A stretch of DNA of 64,000 nt from Desulfuromonadales bacterium (lineage in GTDB: Bacteria > Desulfobacterota > Desulfuromonadia > Desulfuromonadales > JAAYDE01). The DNA lies in NCBI GenBank assembly GCA_963665045.2, contig CAXXJQ010000002.1, forward strand, positions 22,728 to 86,727, read 5' to 3'. The notes beneath the pieces were generated by a model. That model ran no database searches and was not told where the DNA came from. It saw only the letters and a list, made by a program, of their open reading frames with translations. Positions 54,441-63,962 of the stretch are shown here, piece by piece. Each line of letters begins with the position of its first letter. Position 1 is the first letter of the stretch. Both the position numbers and the translations under genes were made by a program.

Positions 54441-55337
54441 ATGTCAATTACCCTGCGAAAGCTTTCCGTCTTCGCCAAAGTCGCGGAAACAGGGAAAGTC
54501 ACACAAGCGAGTGAACTGTTGCTGGTGAGCCAACCTGCCGTCAGCATGGCTTTGGCGGAAATGGAACAAGAGGCCGGCGGGCCACTTTTTTCCCGCCAGG
54601 GGCGTCGGCTTCTCCTTAATGACCGGGGCCGTTTGCTGTTGGAACCTGCGCAGGAGATACTGCGCAAGGTTGCCGATTTTGGGAATCTGCTGGAGACATC
54701 AGACCAGGAGCCGAGAGGGCTTTTGAGGACGGGAGCGAGCACCACCATCGGCAATTATCTTCTGCCTTCACTGATGGCCCGTTTTTCCAAACTGTTTCCC
54801 AAAGCGCGAGCATCCCTTCAGGTTGGAAATACGCAGCAGATTGAACGGGCGCTCGAACAGGGAGAAATCGATTTGGGCCTGGTCGAAGGGCCTTCCCACT
54901 CCTCGCTTTTACAAACTATGCCCTGGCGGGATGACGAACTTGTGGTTATTGCCGGCATGGGACATCCCATGAGCAGGAAAAAACCTGTGACGGACGAAAT
55001 GCTTATTACTACCGACTGGATTATGCGTGAACCAGGATCAGGAACCCGGGAAGTTTTCGAAACGGCCCTGACAGAATGGGGGAAAAGTATTCAAATCAGT
55101 TTGGAACTGGGGCACACGGAAGCCATCAAGAAGGCTGTTGAGGCCGGTCTGGGGCTGAGCTGCCTGTCACGGCTCGCCGTCCAACGGGAGTTGGAGAACG
55201 GCTGGCTGGTGGAAATCGGCACACCCCTCAACCTTAAAAGGTCTTTGAAAGTCCTGCTGCGGAAAGATACTTCCCGGACCCGGTTGCTGCAATCTTTTCT
55301 GGATTTGCTGCAAACCGATGCGGCTGAGCAACTATAA
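54441..55337 (+). CDS. LysR-family transcriptional regulator
   Basis: 298 aa. N-terminal HTH (LRKLSVFAKVAETGKVTQASELLLVSQPAVSMALAEME) plus a LysR substrate-binding domain. Confidence 0.85.
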   Translation: MSITLRKLSVFAKVAETGKVTQASELLLVSQPAVSMALAEMEQEAGGPLFSRQGRRLLLNDRGRLLLEPAQEILRKVADFGNLLETSDQEPRGLLRTGASTTIGNYLLPSLMARFSKLFPKARASLQVGNTQQIERALEQGEIDLGLVEGPSHSSLLQTMPWRDDELVVIAGMGHPMSRKKPVTDEMLITTDWIMREPGSGTREVFETALTEWGKSIQISLELGHTEAIKKAVEAGLGLSCLSRLAVQRELENGWLVEIGTPLNLKRSLKVLLRKDTSRTRLLQSFLDLLQTDAAEQL

Positions 55338-55565
55338 ATTATTAAAAATTTTTATCGATAAAAATCAGTAATTTTTGATAATTTTTAGCTAAACATAAGA
55401 TTCAGAAATTACTCCTTTTAAACAATTTTCCCCTTGATTTTAATTATTCTGGAGGTTCCCCGAACACTCCCCCGAATTAAATCGGTTTTTTTATTACAGT
55501 TTGAGCGTTTCCCTCCGATATAAAGAGAGGGACAGATACCATCCAAAAACAATCCTTAACGAAAG

Positions 55566-55955
55566 ATGGACAAGATGGCCATTTCCGGAACAGAAACCGT
55601 GAGTACTACTTTTTCCGGCAAGGTCGCGGGAGAGACCCAAAGATATTCAAATAAAGCGGAGAAAGAAAACACATTCAAGGTCGTCTTTGAAGAAATAATG
55701 GAGAACGGCCTGCTCAAATATGCCGAGAAGAAAAGAAGAGAAAAAATGAGGGAGGAAATCCTCGGCAAAATGGGGTTGAGCGAAGAGGCCTTAAAAGAGC
55801 TGCCGCCGGAAAAAAGGATGAAAATCGAGGCAAGAATCAGCGAGGAAATCATGAAAAGACTTGCAGCTGAACATGAACTGAATAAAAAAGGGGATAATGC
55901 AGGAGAAAATCAACGGCAATCGCTCCTCTTTACCTCCGCCTTTCTGGACCGGTGA
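55566..55955 (+). CDS. Hypothetical Lys/Glu-rich protein, 129 aa
   Basis: ORF with charged helical composition (KYAEKKRREKMREEILGKMGLSEEALKELPPEKRMKIEARISEEI). No family recognised and the RBS is weak. Confidence 0.35.
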   Translation: MDKMAISGTETVSTTFSGKVAGETQRYSNKAEKENTFKVVFEEIMENGLLKYAEKKRREKMREEILGKMGLSEEALKELPPEKRMKIEARISEEIMKRLAAEHELNKKGDNAGENQRQSLLFTSAFLDR

Positions 55956-56132
55956 GGTATAAGGGTACGGACGATTCTAAAAAAGAAATAGATTTTTCCC
56001 CTTTTCCATAAAGTTATTCAACAATTAACCAACACCACCCTGCCACTCAAGAGTTAAGTACCCTGTTCCCGGAACTCCCAGAACTCCGATGCTGAGAAAA
56101 AACTATCAAATAACAAAAAAGATTATCAAAAA

Positions 56133-56182
56133 GGGTCCTGACTAGTTAAGCACTTCTAGAAGTGTTTAACTAGTCAGGACCC
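56133..56182. repeat. 50-nt near-perfect palindrome
   Basis: GGGTCCTGACTAGTTAA-GCACTTCTAGAAGTGT-TTAACTAGTCAGGACCC with 17-bp perfect outer arms. Coordinates cross-checked with ORF 56166..56411. Confidence 0.65.
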
Positions 56183-56219
56183 GAAAATTATATAGCCAAT
56201 CACCTTGCATAATAACCAC

Positions 56220-56256
56220 AAAAAAAGCCGGCTCAAAAACAAGCCGGCTTTTTTTC
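56220..56256. terminator. Bidirectional terminator downstream of thiC
   Basis: AAAAAA-AGCCGGCT-CAAAAACA-AGCCGGCT-TTTTTTT. Confidence 0.75.
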
Positions 56257-56274
56257 TCTAGCGATTCCAATAAA

Positions 56275-57579
56275 TTACAGATGCGACCATTTGCGCTTTT
56301 CGCGCTCATCCATAACCTTGTAGGCGCAGTATTCTCCGCACATGGTGCAGGCGCCGTGTTCTTCATTGACGCCGGAAGAGTCCCGCAGGCGCCGGGCTTT
56401 TTCCGGGTCAATGGCCATTTTGTACTGACCTTCCCAGTCGAGGGCCTTGCGATAGCGGCTCATGGCCAGGTCCTTCTCCAGGGCACCGGGAACCCCTTTG
56501 ACGATATCCGCCGCGTGGGCGGCAAGGCGGCTCGCCATAACCCCTTCGTGAACATCTTCGATACCGGGCAGGCAGAGATGCTCGGTAGGTGTCACATAGC
56601 AGAGGAAATCGGCACCGGCAGCGGCGGCAATGGCCCCGCCAATGGCGCAGGAAATGTGATCGTAGCCGGGCGCGATGTCGGTGACCAGAGGGCCGAGGAC
56701 ATAGAAAGGCGCCCCGTGGCAGAGCCGTTTCTGAAGCTGGATGTTGGTTTCGATCTGGTTCAGGGGAACATGGCCGGGGCCCTCGATCATGACCTGAATG
56801 CCGGCGTCCCAGGCACGCTGGGTCAGTTCACCGAGAAGGATCAGTTCGTGAATCTGGGCACGGTCGGTGGAATCGGCAATAGCACCGGGACGGAAACCAT
56901 CGCCCAGCGAGAGGGTGGCGTCGTAGGGGCGCACGACTTCCAAAAGACGGTCATAAAATTCATAGAGCGGGTTTTCGGCATCGTTGTGAGCCATCCAACC
57001 ACAAGTGAAAGAACCACCGCGGGAGACCACCTCCATGATGCGGCCTTCACGATCCATTCTCTCGACCGTACTGCGAGTCACGCCACAGTGGACAGTAATA
57101 AAATCAACGCCATCGTCGAGATGCTTGATAATGCCATCGAAGATTTCATCGACGGTCATATCAACGATCGCCTTTTTCTTGCGGGTAACCGTATCTACAG
57201 CTGCCTGATAAAGGGGCACACTGCCGATGCAGGCATCGGTTTCTTTTATGATGGCCTGGCGGATTTCATCAACCGGACCGCCGGTGGAAAGGTCCATGAT
57301 GGCATCAGCTCCGGCCGCTACGGCGACCCGGGCTTTTTCCAGCTCTTTGTCAATGCTGGTGTCGTCCTTGCTTGTCCCGATATTAGCGTTTACCTTGGTG
57401 CGAAGGCCCTTGCCAACCGCCAAAGGTTTGCCATGGGTATGCTTGATATTGTGACAGATGATAGCGGTTCCCTCGGCAATGCGCTGCCGCAGAATTTCAG
57501 GATCAACATTCTCTTCCGCCGCCGCAAACTTTACTTCCTCGGTGATTTTTCCCTGGCGGGCTAACTCCAACTGCGTCAT
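56275..57579 (-). CDS. thiC: Phosphomethylpyrimidine synthase
   Basis: 434 aa. Motifs NANIGTS, DLSTGG, TVHCGV, VSRGGS, GDGFRPG, IEGPGHVP and the C-terminal CTMCGEYC. Confidence 0.95.
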   Translation of the reverse strand: MTQLELARQGKITEEVKFAAAEENVDPEILRQRIAEGTAIICHNIKHTHGKPLAVGKGLRTKVNANIGTSKDDTSIDKELEKARVAVAAGADAIMDLSTGGPVDEIRQAIIKETDACIGSVPLYQAAVDTVTRKKKAIVDMTVDEIFDGIIKHLDDGVDFITVHCGVTRSTVERMDREGRIMEVVSRGGSFTCGWMAHNDAENPLYEFYDRLLEVVRPYDATLSLGDGFRPGAIADSTDRAQIHELILLGELTQRAWDAGIQVMIEGPGHVPLNQIETNIQLQKRLCHGAPFYVLGPLVTDIAPGYDHISCAIGGAIAAAAGADFLCYVTPTEHLCLPGIEDVHEGVMASRLAAHAADIVKGVPGALEKDLAMSRYRKALDWEGQYKMAIDPEKARRLRDSSGVNEEHGACTMCGEYCAYKVMDEREKRKWSHL

Positions 57580-57833
57580 AAAACTTGTCCTCCTCTGTTT
57601 TACGAAAATGCCTTTTCGTATTTTTCTTTTTAAAATTAGTGGCTTAAAAGCATTCCGAAAACAGAGATGCCCTGAAATGGAGCTATCCTAATTCAGGGCA
57701 CGCAAGTTTTTCTTTGATTTTCCAAAGAAAACCAATTAGTATTCGCAATGCCACACACCCAATGCCGGGGTCTTGGCCCCCAGCCAACCCCGGCGCCTCT
57801 ATATTAAAGCAAGACTTCTTTTTATCCTCTCTT

Positions 57834-59249
57834 TCAGATATCCAGTTTCAAAGAATGGAAAGCCGCCCGGAAATGATTGACCGGCCCATGGCCGGAACCA
57901 AAACCGGGAGCATGCCGAATAGCCTCGGTAATATATATCTTGCCTTTTTCCACTGCCCGCACCAGCGGTACCCCTTGGGCCAGGAAAGTGGCGATAGCTG
58001 CCGAATAGGTGCACCCCGTCCCGTGGGTATGGGGGGTATCGAAGCGTTGCTCCCGGAAACGGTAGACTTTGCCGTTGGCCAATAACAGATCGACGGAATC
58101 CCCTTCGAGGTGCCCCCCTTTAACAAGAATGTTGCGAGCCCCCATGGAATGAAGCTGGAAAGCGGCTTTTTCCATGTCAGCTTCTTTTTTGATGGTCATC
58201 CCGGTCAATACCTCGGCCTCGGGGAGATTGGGGGTGATGAGGTAAGCCAGGGGCAGAAGCTCATCGCGCAGGGCGGCTACGGCATCGTCCTGCAGCAGTG
58301 ATGCGCCTCCTTTGGCAATCATGACCGGATCGACAACTGCCGGCAGTGAATATTTACGGATATTTTCAGCAACGATACGGATAATTTCGGGCAAAAAGAG
58401 CATGCCGACCTTCAGGACATCAGCGCCGATATCTGAAAGAACGGCTTCGATCTGATCCTGAATGAACTCCGGAGGTGCCGGATGGATATTGCGCACACCC
58501 AGGGTGTTCTGAGCGGTCAGGGCGGTTATGGCGCTCATACCAAAACTGCCCAGCAGGGTCGAAACCTTGAGGTCGGCCTGAATCCCTGCCCCCCCTCCGG
58601 AATCGGACCCGGCAATGGTCAACATGCGGCCCCGCGGAAAGGGTTTAAGGCTGTTAAAGCTTAGTACGATCTCTCGGGCTGCCAGAGCCGGATCGGGATC
58701 GCCCATAACCGCCGAAACCACGGCCAGGACATCCGCCCCGGCGGCGAGAACGCTGCGGGCGTTTTCACTGCTGATCCCACCGATGGCGACGATGGGAATT
58801 TTTACCGCTTTGCGGATTTCAGCTAACCCTTCCGGACCGATCACAACCGCATTTTCCTTGGTCCCGGTGGGGAACATGGCGCCCACACCGATATAATCGG
58901 CTCCGTCCGTTTCCGCCTTGGCAGCCAGTTCAACAGTCCTTGCGGAAATGCCGATAATTTTGTCCTTGCCAAGGAGGCTGCGGGCCTCGCCGAGGCTCAT
59001 ATCTTTCTGGCCGAGATGCACACCGTCGGCGCCACAGGCCTGGGCCACCTCGGGGGTATCGTTAACGATAAAAAGGGCTTTGTGTTCCCGACATAAAGTG
59101 CACAGCTTTTTGGCTACGGCAATCCGCTCTTCGACAGACTTGTGCTTTTCACGATACTGGATCATGCGAGCGCCGCCGGCCAGAGCCGCAGCAACCTTGG
59201 CCTCCAGTTCGCCTTCACCACCAGTAATAACGTAAAGTCCTGTAATCAT
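57834..59249 (-). CDS. Bifunctional thiamine-phosphate synthase (ThiE, N-terminal) / hydroxymethylpyrimidine-phosphate kinase (ThiD, C-terminal)
   Basis: 471 aa. ThiE motifs: LYVIT, IQYREK, FIVND, GVHLGQKD, ADYIGVGAMFPTGTK, VAIGGI. ThiD motifs: LTIAGSDSGGGAGIQADLK, ALTAQNT, ILVKGGH, THGTGCT. Confidence 0.9.
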   Translation of the reverse strand: MITGLYVITGGEGELEAKVAAALAGGARMIQYREKHKSVEERIAVAKKLCTLCREHKALFIVNDTPEVAQACGADGVHLGQKDMSLGEARSLLGKDKIIGISARTVELAAKAETDGADYIGVGAMFPTGTKENAVVIGPEGLAEIRKAVKIPIVAIGGISSENARSVLAAGADVLAVVSAVMGDPDPALAAREIVLSFNSLKPFPRGRMLTIAGSDSGGGAGIQADLKVSTLLGSFGMSAITALTAQNTLGVRNIHPAPPEFIQDQIEAVLSDIGADVLKVGMLFLPEIIRIVAENIRKYSLPAVVDPVMIAKGGASLLQDDAVAALRDELLPLAYLITPNLPEAEVLTGMTIKKEADMEKAAFQLHSMGARNILVKGGHLEGDSVDLLLANGKVYRFREQRFDTPHTHGTGCTYSAAIATFLAQGVPLVRAVEKGKIYITEAIRHAPGFGSGHGPVNHFRAAFHSLKLDI

Positions 59250-59257
59250 AGCGATTT

Positions 59258-59428
59258 CCTTAATCCAAAAAAATAAAAATGCCGTGAACCTATTAGGTCC
59301 ACGGCATACAATGAGTATATTCCCTGTTGCGCCGCTTCCCTACGCCGGTATTATCCGGATCAGGTTCCAAGGGTCGTCTGCTTCTGGCAGAACTCTCAGT
59401 GTCCCATGTAGACACTCCCCGCTCGGGC
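59258..59428 (-). promoter_or_regulatory. TPP (THI-box) riboswitch with terminator expression platform
   Basis: The minus strand reads GGGGAGTGTC...GGGACACTGAGAGTTCTGCC...ACCCTTGGAACCTGATCCGGATAATACCGGCGTAGGGAAGC, the textbook THI element. It is followed by CCGTGGACC-TAAT-AGGTTCACGG-CATTTTTATTTTTTT just upstream of thiE/D. Confidence 0.9.
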
Positions 59429-59581
59429 TTTTGAGGTAAGCTACAGGAGTCGGTTGTTTTTGTCAATAAGTTTCAGTTAGATTGATTTATGGGCATTATA
59501 ATTACCTGGGGTTTTTTTTAGGATTTTGTTAATAATAAAAAAATTGATTTCAATCCTCCTTATAAAGAAAATTTGCGATCC

Positions 59582-60712
59582 ATGATGAATGCTTTCAGAC
59601 CGACATTTGCCGAAATCGACTTGGCGGCGCTCCACCATAATTTCGAACAGGCCAGAAAAGCCGCGGGCCAAAACAAAAAGATCATGACCGTGGTCAAAGC
59701 CGACGCCTACGGGCACGGCGCCGTGCCCCTGGCCATGGCGCTGGGCAAGTTTGGCGCCGACATTCTCGCCGTAGCCTTGACCGAAGAAGGCATGGAGCTT
59801 CGCCGGGCCGGTATCACACTGCCCATCCTGCTGTTCGGAGGCTTATTCCCCGGCCAGGAAGAAGCCATTGTCCGGCACCGGCTGACCCCCATCCTTTTCG
59901 ATCTTGAGACAGCCCACAACCTCAACCGGGCTGCGCAAAAGGCTGGACAGCCTCAGCCCTTTCATCTCAAAATCGACACCGGCATGTCGCGGGTCGGCTT
60001 TTCGTGGCAAGACCTCGACAAAGTATTGAATGCCTTCAAAGACCTCCCCTTTCTGCAAATGGAAGGCGTGATTTCCCACATGGCCCTCGCCGACGAGTTT
60101 GAAGAACCTTTCAACCAGGTACAGATCGAACGTTTCGGGAAGGCCTGCCATAAGATTCGCGAAGCCGGATTCGAGCCGCGCCTGCGCCACATCAGCAACA
60201 GCGCCACCCTGTATTCCTGGGATGTGCCGGAATGCAACCTGGTGCGGCCGGGCATCACCCTCTATGGTTCACAACCCTCGGCGGGGTTTTACAAAAAACT
60301 CGATCTCAAGCCGGTCATGAGCCTGCGCAGCCAAGTCGCCATGATCAAAGAGGTGCCGCCCGGCACCGGCGTCTCTTATGGGCACCGCTTCGTCACCGAC
60401 AAACCAACGGTTCTGGCGACCATCCCCATCGGCTACGCTGACGGCCTCAACCGCCGTCTCTCCAACTGCGGGGAGGTTATCATCCATGGCCAACGCGCCC
60501 CCATTGCCGGAACCATCTGCATGGACTGGACAATGATCGACGTCACCCACATTCCGAATGTCAAGGTCGGAGATGCGGTCACCCTCATGGGGCCGAGTGG
60601 GGACGAGTGTATTTCTGCCGAAGAATGGGCCGAAAAGGTCGGGACGATTTCCTACGAAATCTTCTGCCAGATCAGCAAACGGGTGCCCCGACATTACATA
60701 AACCAGCCTTGA
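59582..60712 (+). CDS. alr: Alanine racemase
   Basis: RPTFAEIDLAAL, VVKADAYGHGA (PLP lysine motif) and a C-terminal beta domain. ATG at 59582; the track TTG is at 59573. Confidence 0.9.
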   Translation: MMNAFRPTFAEIDLAALHHNFEQARKAAGQNKKIMTVVKADAYGHGAVPLAMALGKFGADILAVALTEEGMELRRAGITLPILLFGGLFPGQEEAIVRHRLTPILFDLETAHNLNRAAQKAGQPQPFHLKIDTGMSRVGFSWQDLDKVLNAFKDLPFLQMEGVISHMALADEFEEPFNQVQIERFGKACHKIREAGFEPRLRHISNSATLYSWDVPECNLVRPGITLYGSQPSAGFYKKLDLKPVMSLRSQVAMIKEVPPGTGVSYGHRFVTDKPTVLATIPIGYADGLNRRLSNCGEVIIHGQRAPIAGTICMDWTMIDVTHIPNVKVGDAVTLMGPSGDECISAEEWAEKVGTISYEIFCQISKRVPRHYINQP

Positions 60713-60726
60713 CGGCAAGAGATTTT

Positions 60727-60937
60727 CTGGTTTAACTCCCCCTTGCAACGTAGCCGGAGCGAAGGGGCTATTTTAAAATCAGACGGGCAGTTGAGCGGTT
60801 TTTGCGAATCCTGACCGTCTTTAAAATAGCCTTGTAGCGAAGGAAACCCGAAGGGCAAGTTGCGGGGTGTCCTTTTTCTGCTTACTCTTTTTAGACAAGT
60901 AAAAAGAGTAAGGCGCCGTCCGGGGGCGCAACCCCGG
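60727..60937. other. Highly structured ~210-nt intergenic region (candidate sRNA/REP-like element)
   Basis: Long imperfect hairpin (GGCTATTTTAAAATCAGACGG 60766..60786 with CCGTCTTTAAAATAGCC 60815..60831, closed by CCTTGCAAC/GTTGCGGGG). Then a perfect 12-bp hairpin (CTTACTCTTTTT...AAAAAGAGTAAG, 60881..60912). Then GC hairpins at 60913..60937. Confidence 0.4.
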
Positions 60938-60980
60938 TATCACCGAATGTACAAAAATAACAAGGCTCAAGACTAGCGAT

Positions 60981-62213
60981 ATGAACCACAAAACCACTTT
61001 TCTCGCCCTCGATCTCGGCACCACAACCCTGGCCGGCTATCTGCTAGACAGCGAAAATCGAATTCTGGCCAGAAAGTCCATTCAGAACCCCCAAAAGGCC
61101 CAGGGGCTTGACGTCATCAGCCGCCTTGAAGCAGCCTCCAAGGGCAACGGCAGGAAACTCCAAACTCTGCTCGCCGTTGGCATCAGGGACCTCGTAACCG
61201 CCCTTGCCCATGATGCAGACGTCAGGATTGATTCAATCCAGGCTGCAGCTGCAGCTGGGAATTCCGCCATTTCCGCCCTGCTGTGCGGCAGGGACGTCAC
61301 GCCCCTGCTCCTGCCCCCTCACCGCCTGCCGTCTGCCGAGGGAATACAAATCCGGCCCTCGGATCTCGATCTCGGACTGCCGGCACCGCTCTTTCTCTTC
61401 CCCCTGGCCGGCGGCTTCGTGGGCGGGGACCTCGTGGCTTTTCTCTATGCCCAGGCTCCGGAACAAACTCCGGCTATGTACCTCGACATCGGCACCAACG
61501 GCGAACTGGCCCTTTTTACCGGAGAAAAGTGGCTGGTCACCTCCGTCGCCGCCGGGCCTGCTTTTGAAGCGGCGGGCATCACCTGGGGCATGGCTGCTGC
61601 GAACGGCGCCATTGAAGGTGCTTATTTGGCCGACGACCGCCTGCGCATCACAACCATCGGCAAAAGCCCTCCTCGCGGCATCTGCGGCAGCGGCGTCGCG
61701 GAAATCATCGCCGCCGGTCTGAATAGTGGGCTTGTGGAGCCGACCGGCACTATCCGCCGGGCTGAGGAAATCGAGACCAACCTCGCCTACCACATCAGGG
61801 AAAGCCTGGAGGGGCGCTCTCTCAGCATCTTCCGGAACGCCGAAACGGATATTTATCTCTCCCAACAGGACATCCGCAGTTTTCAGCTGGCCAAGGGCGC
61901 TATCCGGGCGGGCATTGAATGCCTTTTGGCCAAAGCAACACTGCAACCGGCAGCTATCCGCCGCACCTACGTGACAGGCGCCTTCGGTCTTTCCATCCGC
62001 AAGGAGGTTCTGAAAACAGTTGCGATGCTTCCGCCAAAAATGTTAGATAATGTTGTTTTTGTCGCCGACGGCGTTCTGGAAGGTGTCCGCCACTTCCTCT
62101 TCGCCCCGGACGGCCATGCCGAGTTGCATAAACTGGCTAAAGCATTGGTCCCATTCCCCCTTTCGGGAACGCCTGCTTTTGAAAAGGCTTTTTTGCAGGC
62201 CCTCGACTTTTAG
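60981..62213 (+). CDS. ASKHA-fold ATPase, DUF4445 family (RACo C-terminal-like) without a ferredoxin domain
   Basis: 410 aa. Motifs FLALDLGTTTLAGY, YLDIGTNGELAL and GICGSG are typical of the corrinoid-activation-protein ATPase module. Confidence 0.65.
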   Translation: MNHKTTFLALDLGTTTLAGYLLDSENRILARKSIQNPQKAQGLDVISRLEAASKGNGRKLQTLLAVGIRDLVTALAHDADVRIDSIQAAAAAGNSAISALLCGRDVTPLLLPPHRLPSAEGIQIRPSDLDLGLPAPLFLFPLAGGFVGGDLVAFLYAQAPEQTPAMYLDIGTNGELALFTGEKWLVTSVAAGPAFEAAGITWGMAAANGAIEGAYLADDRLRITTIGKSPPRGICGSGVAEIIAAGLNSGLVEPTGTIRRAEEIETNLAYHIRESLEGRSLSIFRNAETDIYLSQQDIRSFQLAKGAIRAGIECLLAKATLQPAAIRRTYVTGAFGLSIRKEVLKTVAMLPPKMLDNVVFVADGVLEGVRHFLFAPDGHAELHKLAKALVPFPLSGTPAFEKAFLQALDF

Positions 62214-62399
62214 CACGGTTTTTTCATGATTATCATTGCTGATCCGGGCTAGCACCAGCGCAAATTTCGCCTTCCCGGCATGCCGTCCATGAAATTGCTA
62301 TCATAATGATTTTATTGACCATCATAGACGAGGGCAGCGGTTGAATAATAAACTTCCAGCCTTTCAACCTCATCCTCGATTGAGAAAGGAGTGTCATTG

Positions 62400-63962
62400 A
62401 TGCCTGGCATAAAAAGAGCTCTTTTGAGCGTTTCCGATAAAAACGGCATTGTTGATTTTGCCACCGGCCTGGCCGAGCTCGGCATAGAGCTTCTCTCCAC
62501 CGGCGGAACGGCCGCCCTGCTCCGCAAGGAAGGCCTCAAGGTCATGGATGTTGCCGAGTTTACCGGCTCTCCGGAAATCCTCGGCGGCCGGGTCAAAACC
62601 CTGCACCCCAAGGTTCACGGTGGTATTCTCGGCATGCGCGCCAACCCCGAACACCTTCGCCAGATGGAGGAAAACAACATTGAAACCATCGATATGGTGG
62701 TAGTCAATCTCTATCCTTTCGAAGCTACGGTAGCGAAGCCGGACTGCACTCTTGAAGACGCCGTGGAAAATATCGACATCGGCGGCCCCACCATGCTGCG
62801 CAGCGCGGCCAAAAATCACCGTGACGTTGCGGTTGTAGTCGATCCTGCCGATTACACCCCCATCCTCGAAGAAATTAAAAACCACGGCCAGGTCGGCGAC
62901 CAGACCCGCTTCAAGCTTGCCGTCAAGGTTTTCCAGCACACGGCCGCTTATGACGCCGCCATCTCCAACTATTTCGGCTGTCTTCTCGGCGAAGAAAAAG
63001 AAGAATACCCGGCGACCTATACCGTGCAGTTCAAAAAGGCCCAGAACCTTCGCTACGGGGAGAACCCCCACCAGAGCGCCGCTTTCTATGTTGAAGCCCA
63101 GGTCTCGGAACCGTCCATCGCCACCGCCCGTCAGATCCAGGGTAAGGAACTCTCCTACAACAACATCGGCGATACGGACGCCGCGCTCGAATGCATCAAA
63201 CAGTTCACCGAAGGACCGGCCTGCGTCATCGTCAAACACGCCAACCCCTGCGGAGTGGCTTATGGGGGGAACCTGCTCGATGCCTACAAGCGAGCCTTCT
63301 CCACCGATCCCGAATCGGCTTTTGGCGGCATCATCGCGTTCAACGGCGAACTGGATGCCGCCACGGCCAAGGCCATCGTTGACCAACAATTCGTCGAGGT
63401 AATCATCGCTCCCCAGGTCACCGCCGATGCGGCGGCTGTTGTCGCCGCCAAGAAAAACGTGCGGCTGCTGGAGTGCGGCCAGTGGAGCACATATCCCGCC
63501 AGGCGTCTCGATCTCAAGCGTGTCAACGGCGGCCTCCTGGTTCAGGATGCCGACCTGGAGCTGCTGTCCGAAACACGTGTTGTCAGCGAACGCCAGCCGA
63601 GCGCCAAGGAAATGGAGGATATCCTCTTCACCTGGCGGGTGGCCAAATTCGTCAAGAGCAACGCCATCGTCTACGGCAAGGACCGCATGACGATCGGTGT
63701 CGGCGCCGGCCAGATGAGCCGGGTCAACTCGGCGCGCATCGCTATCATCAAGGCGGAGCAGGCCGGGCTCGAGGTCAAGGGGGCGGTGATGGCGTCCGAC
63801 GCCTTCTTCCCGTTCCGCGACGGCATCGATGCCGCCGCCAAAGCCGGGATCACCGCCATCATCCAGCCGGGCGGCTCGATCCGGGACGAGGAAACCATTA
63901 AAGCCGCCAACGAGCACAACATTGCCATGGTCTTTACCGGCATGCGGCATTTCAGGCATTGA
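62400..63962 (+). CDS. purH: Bifunctional AICAR transformylase / IMP cyclohydrolase
   Basis: [21 protein letters not shown]..., [25 protein letters not shown] and a C-terminal AICARFT domain ending [19 protein letters not shown] before the ATG at 62400. Confidence 0.95.
   Translation: MPGIKRALLSVSDKNGIVDFATGLAELGIELLSTGGTAALLRKEGLKVMDVAEFTGSPEILGGRVKTLHPKVHGGILGMRANPEHLRQMEENNIETIDMVVVNLYPFEATVAKPDCTLEDAVENIDIGGPTMLRSAAKNHRDVAVVVDPADYTPILEEIKNHGQVGDQTRFKLAVKVFQHTAAYDAAISNYFGCLLGEEKEEYPATYTVQFKKAQNLRYGENPHQSAAFYVEAQVSEPSIATARQIQGKELSYNNIGDTDAALECIKQFTEGPACVIVKHANPCGVAYGGNLLDAYKRAFSTDPESAFGGIIAFNGELDAATAKAIVDQQFVEVIIAPQVTADAAAVVAAKKNVRLLECGQWSTYPARRLDLKRVNGGLLVQDADLELLSETRVVSERQPSAKEMEDILFTWRVAKFVKSNAIVYGKDRMTIGVGAGQMSRVNSARIAIIKAEQAGLEVKGAVMASDAFFPFRDGIDAAAKAGITAIIQPGGSIRDEETIKAANEHNIAMVFTGMRHFRH

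Noticed and set aside
56281-57564. 427-aa + strand ORF
   Set aside because: It is antisense to thiC, which is unambiguous.
57580-57834. Second TPP riboswitch directly upstream of thiC
   Set aside because: There is no CTGAGA / ACCTGATCYGGATAATRCC core on the minus strand, only generic hairpins.
62394-63959. 521-aa minus-strand ORF
   Set aside because: It is antisense to purH, which is unambiguous.
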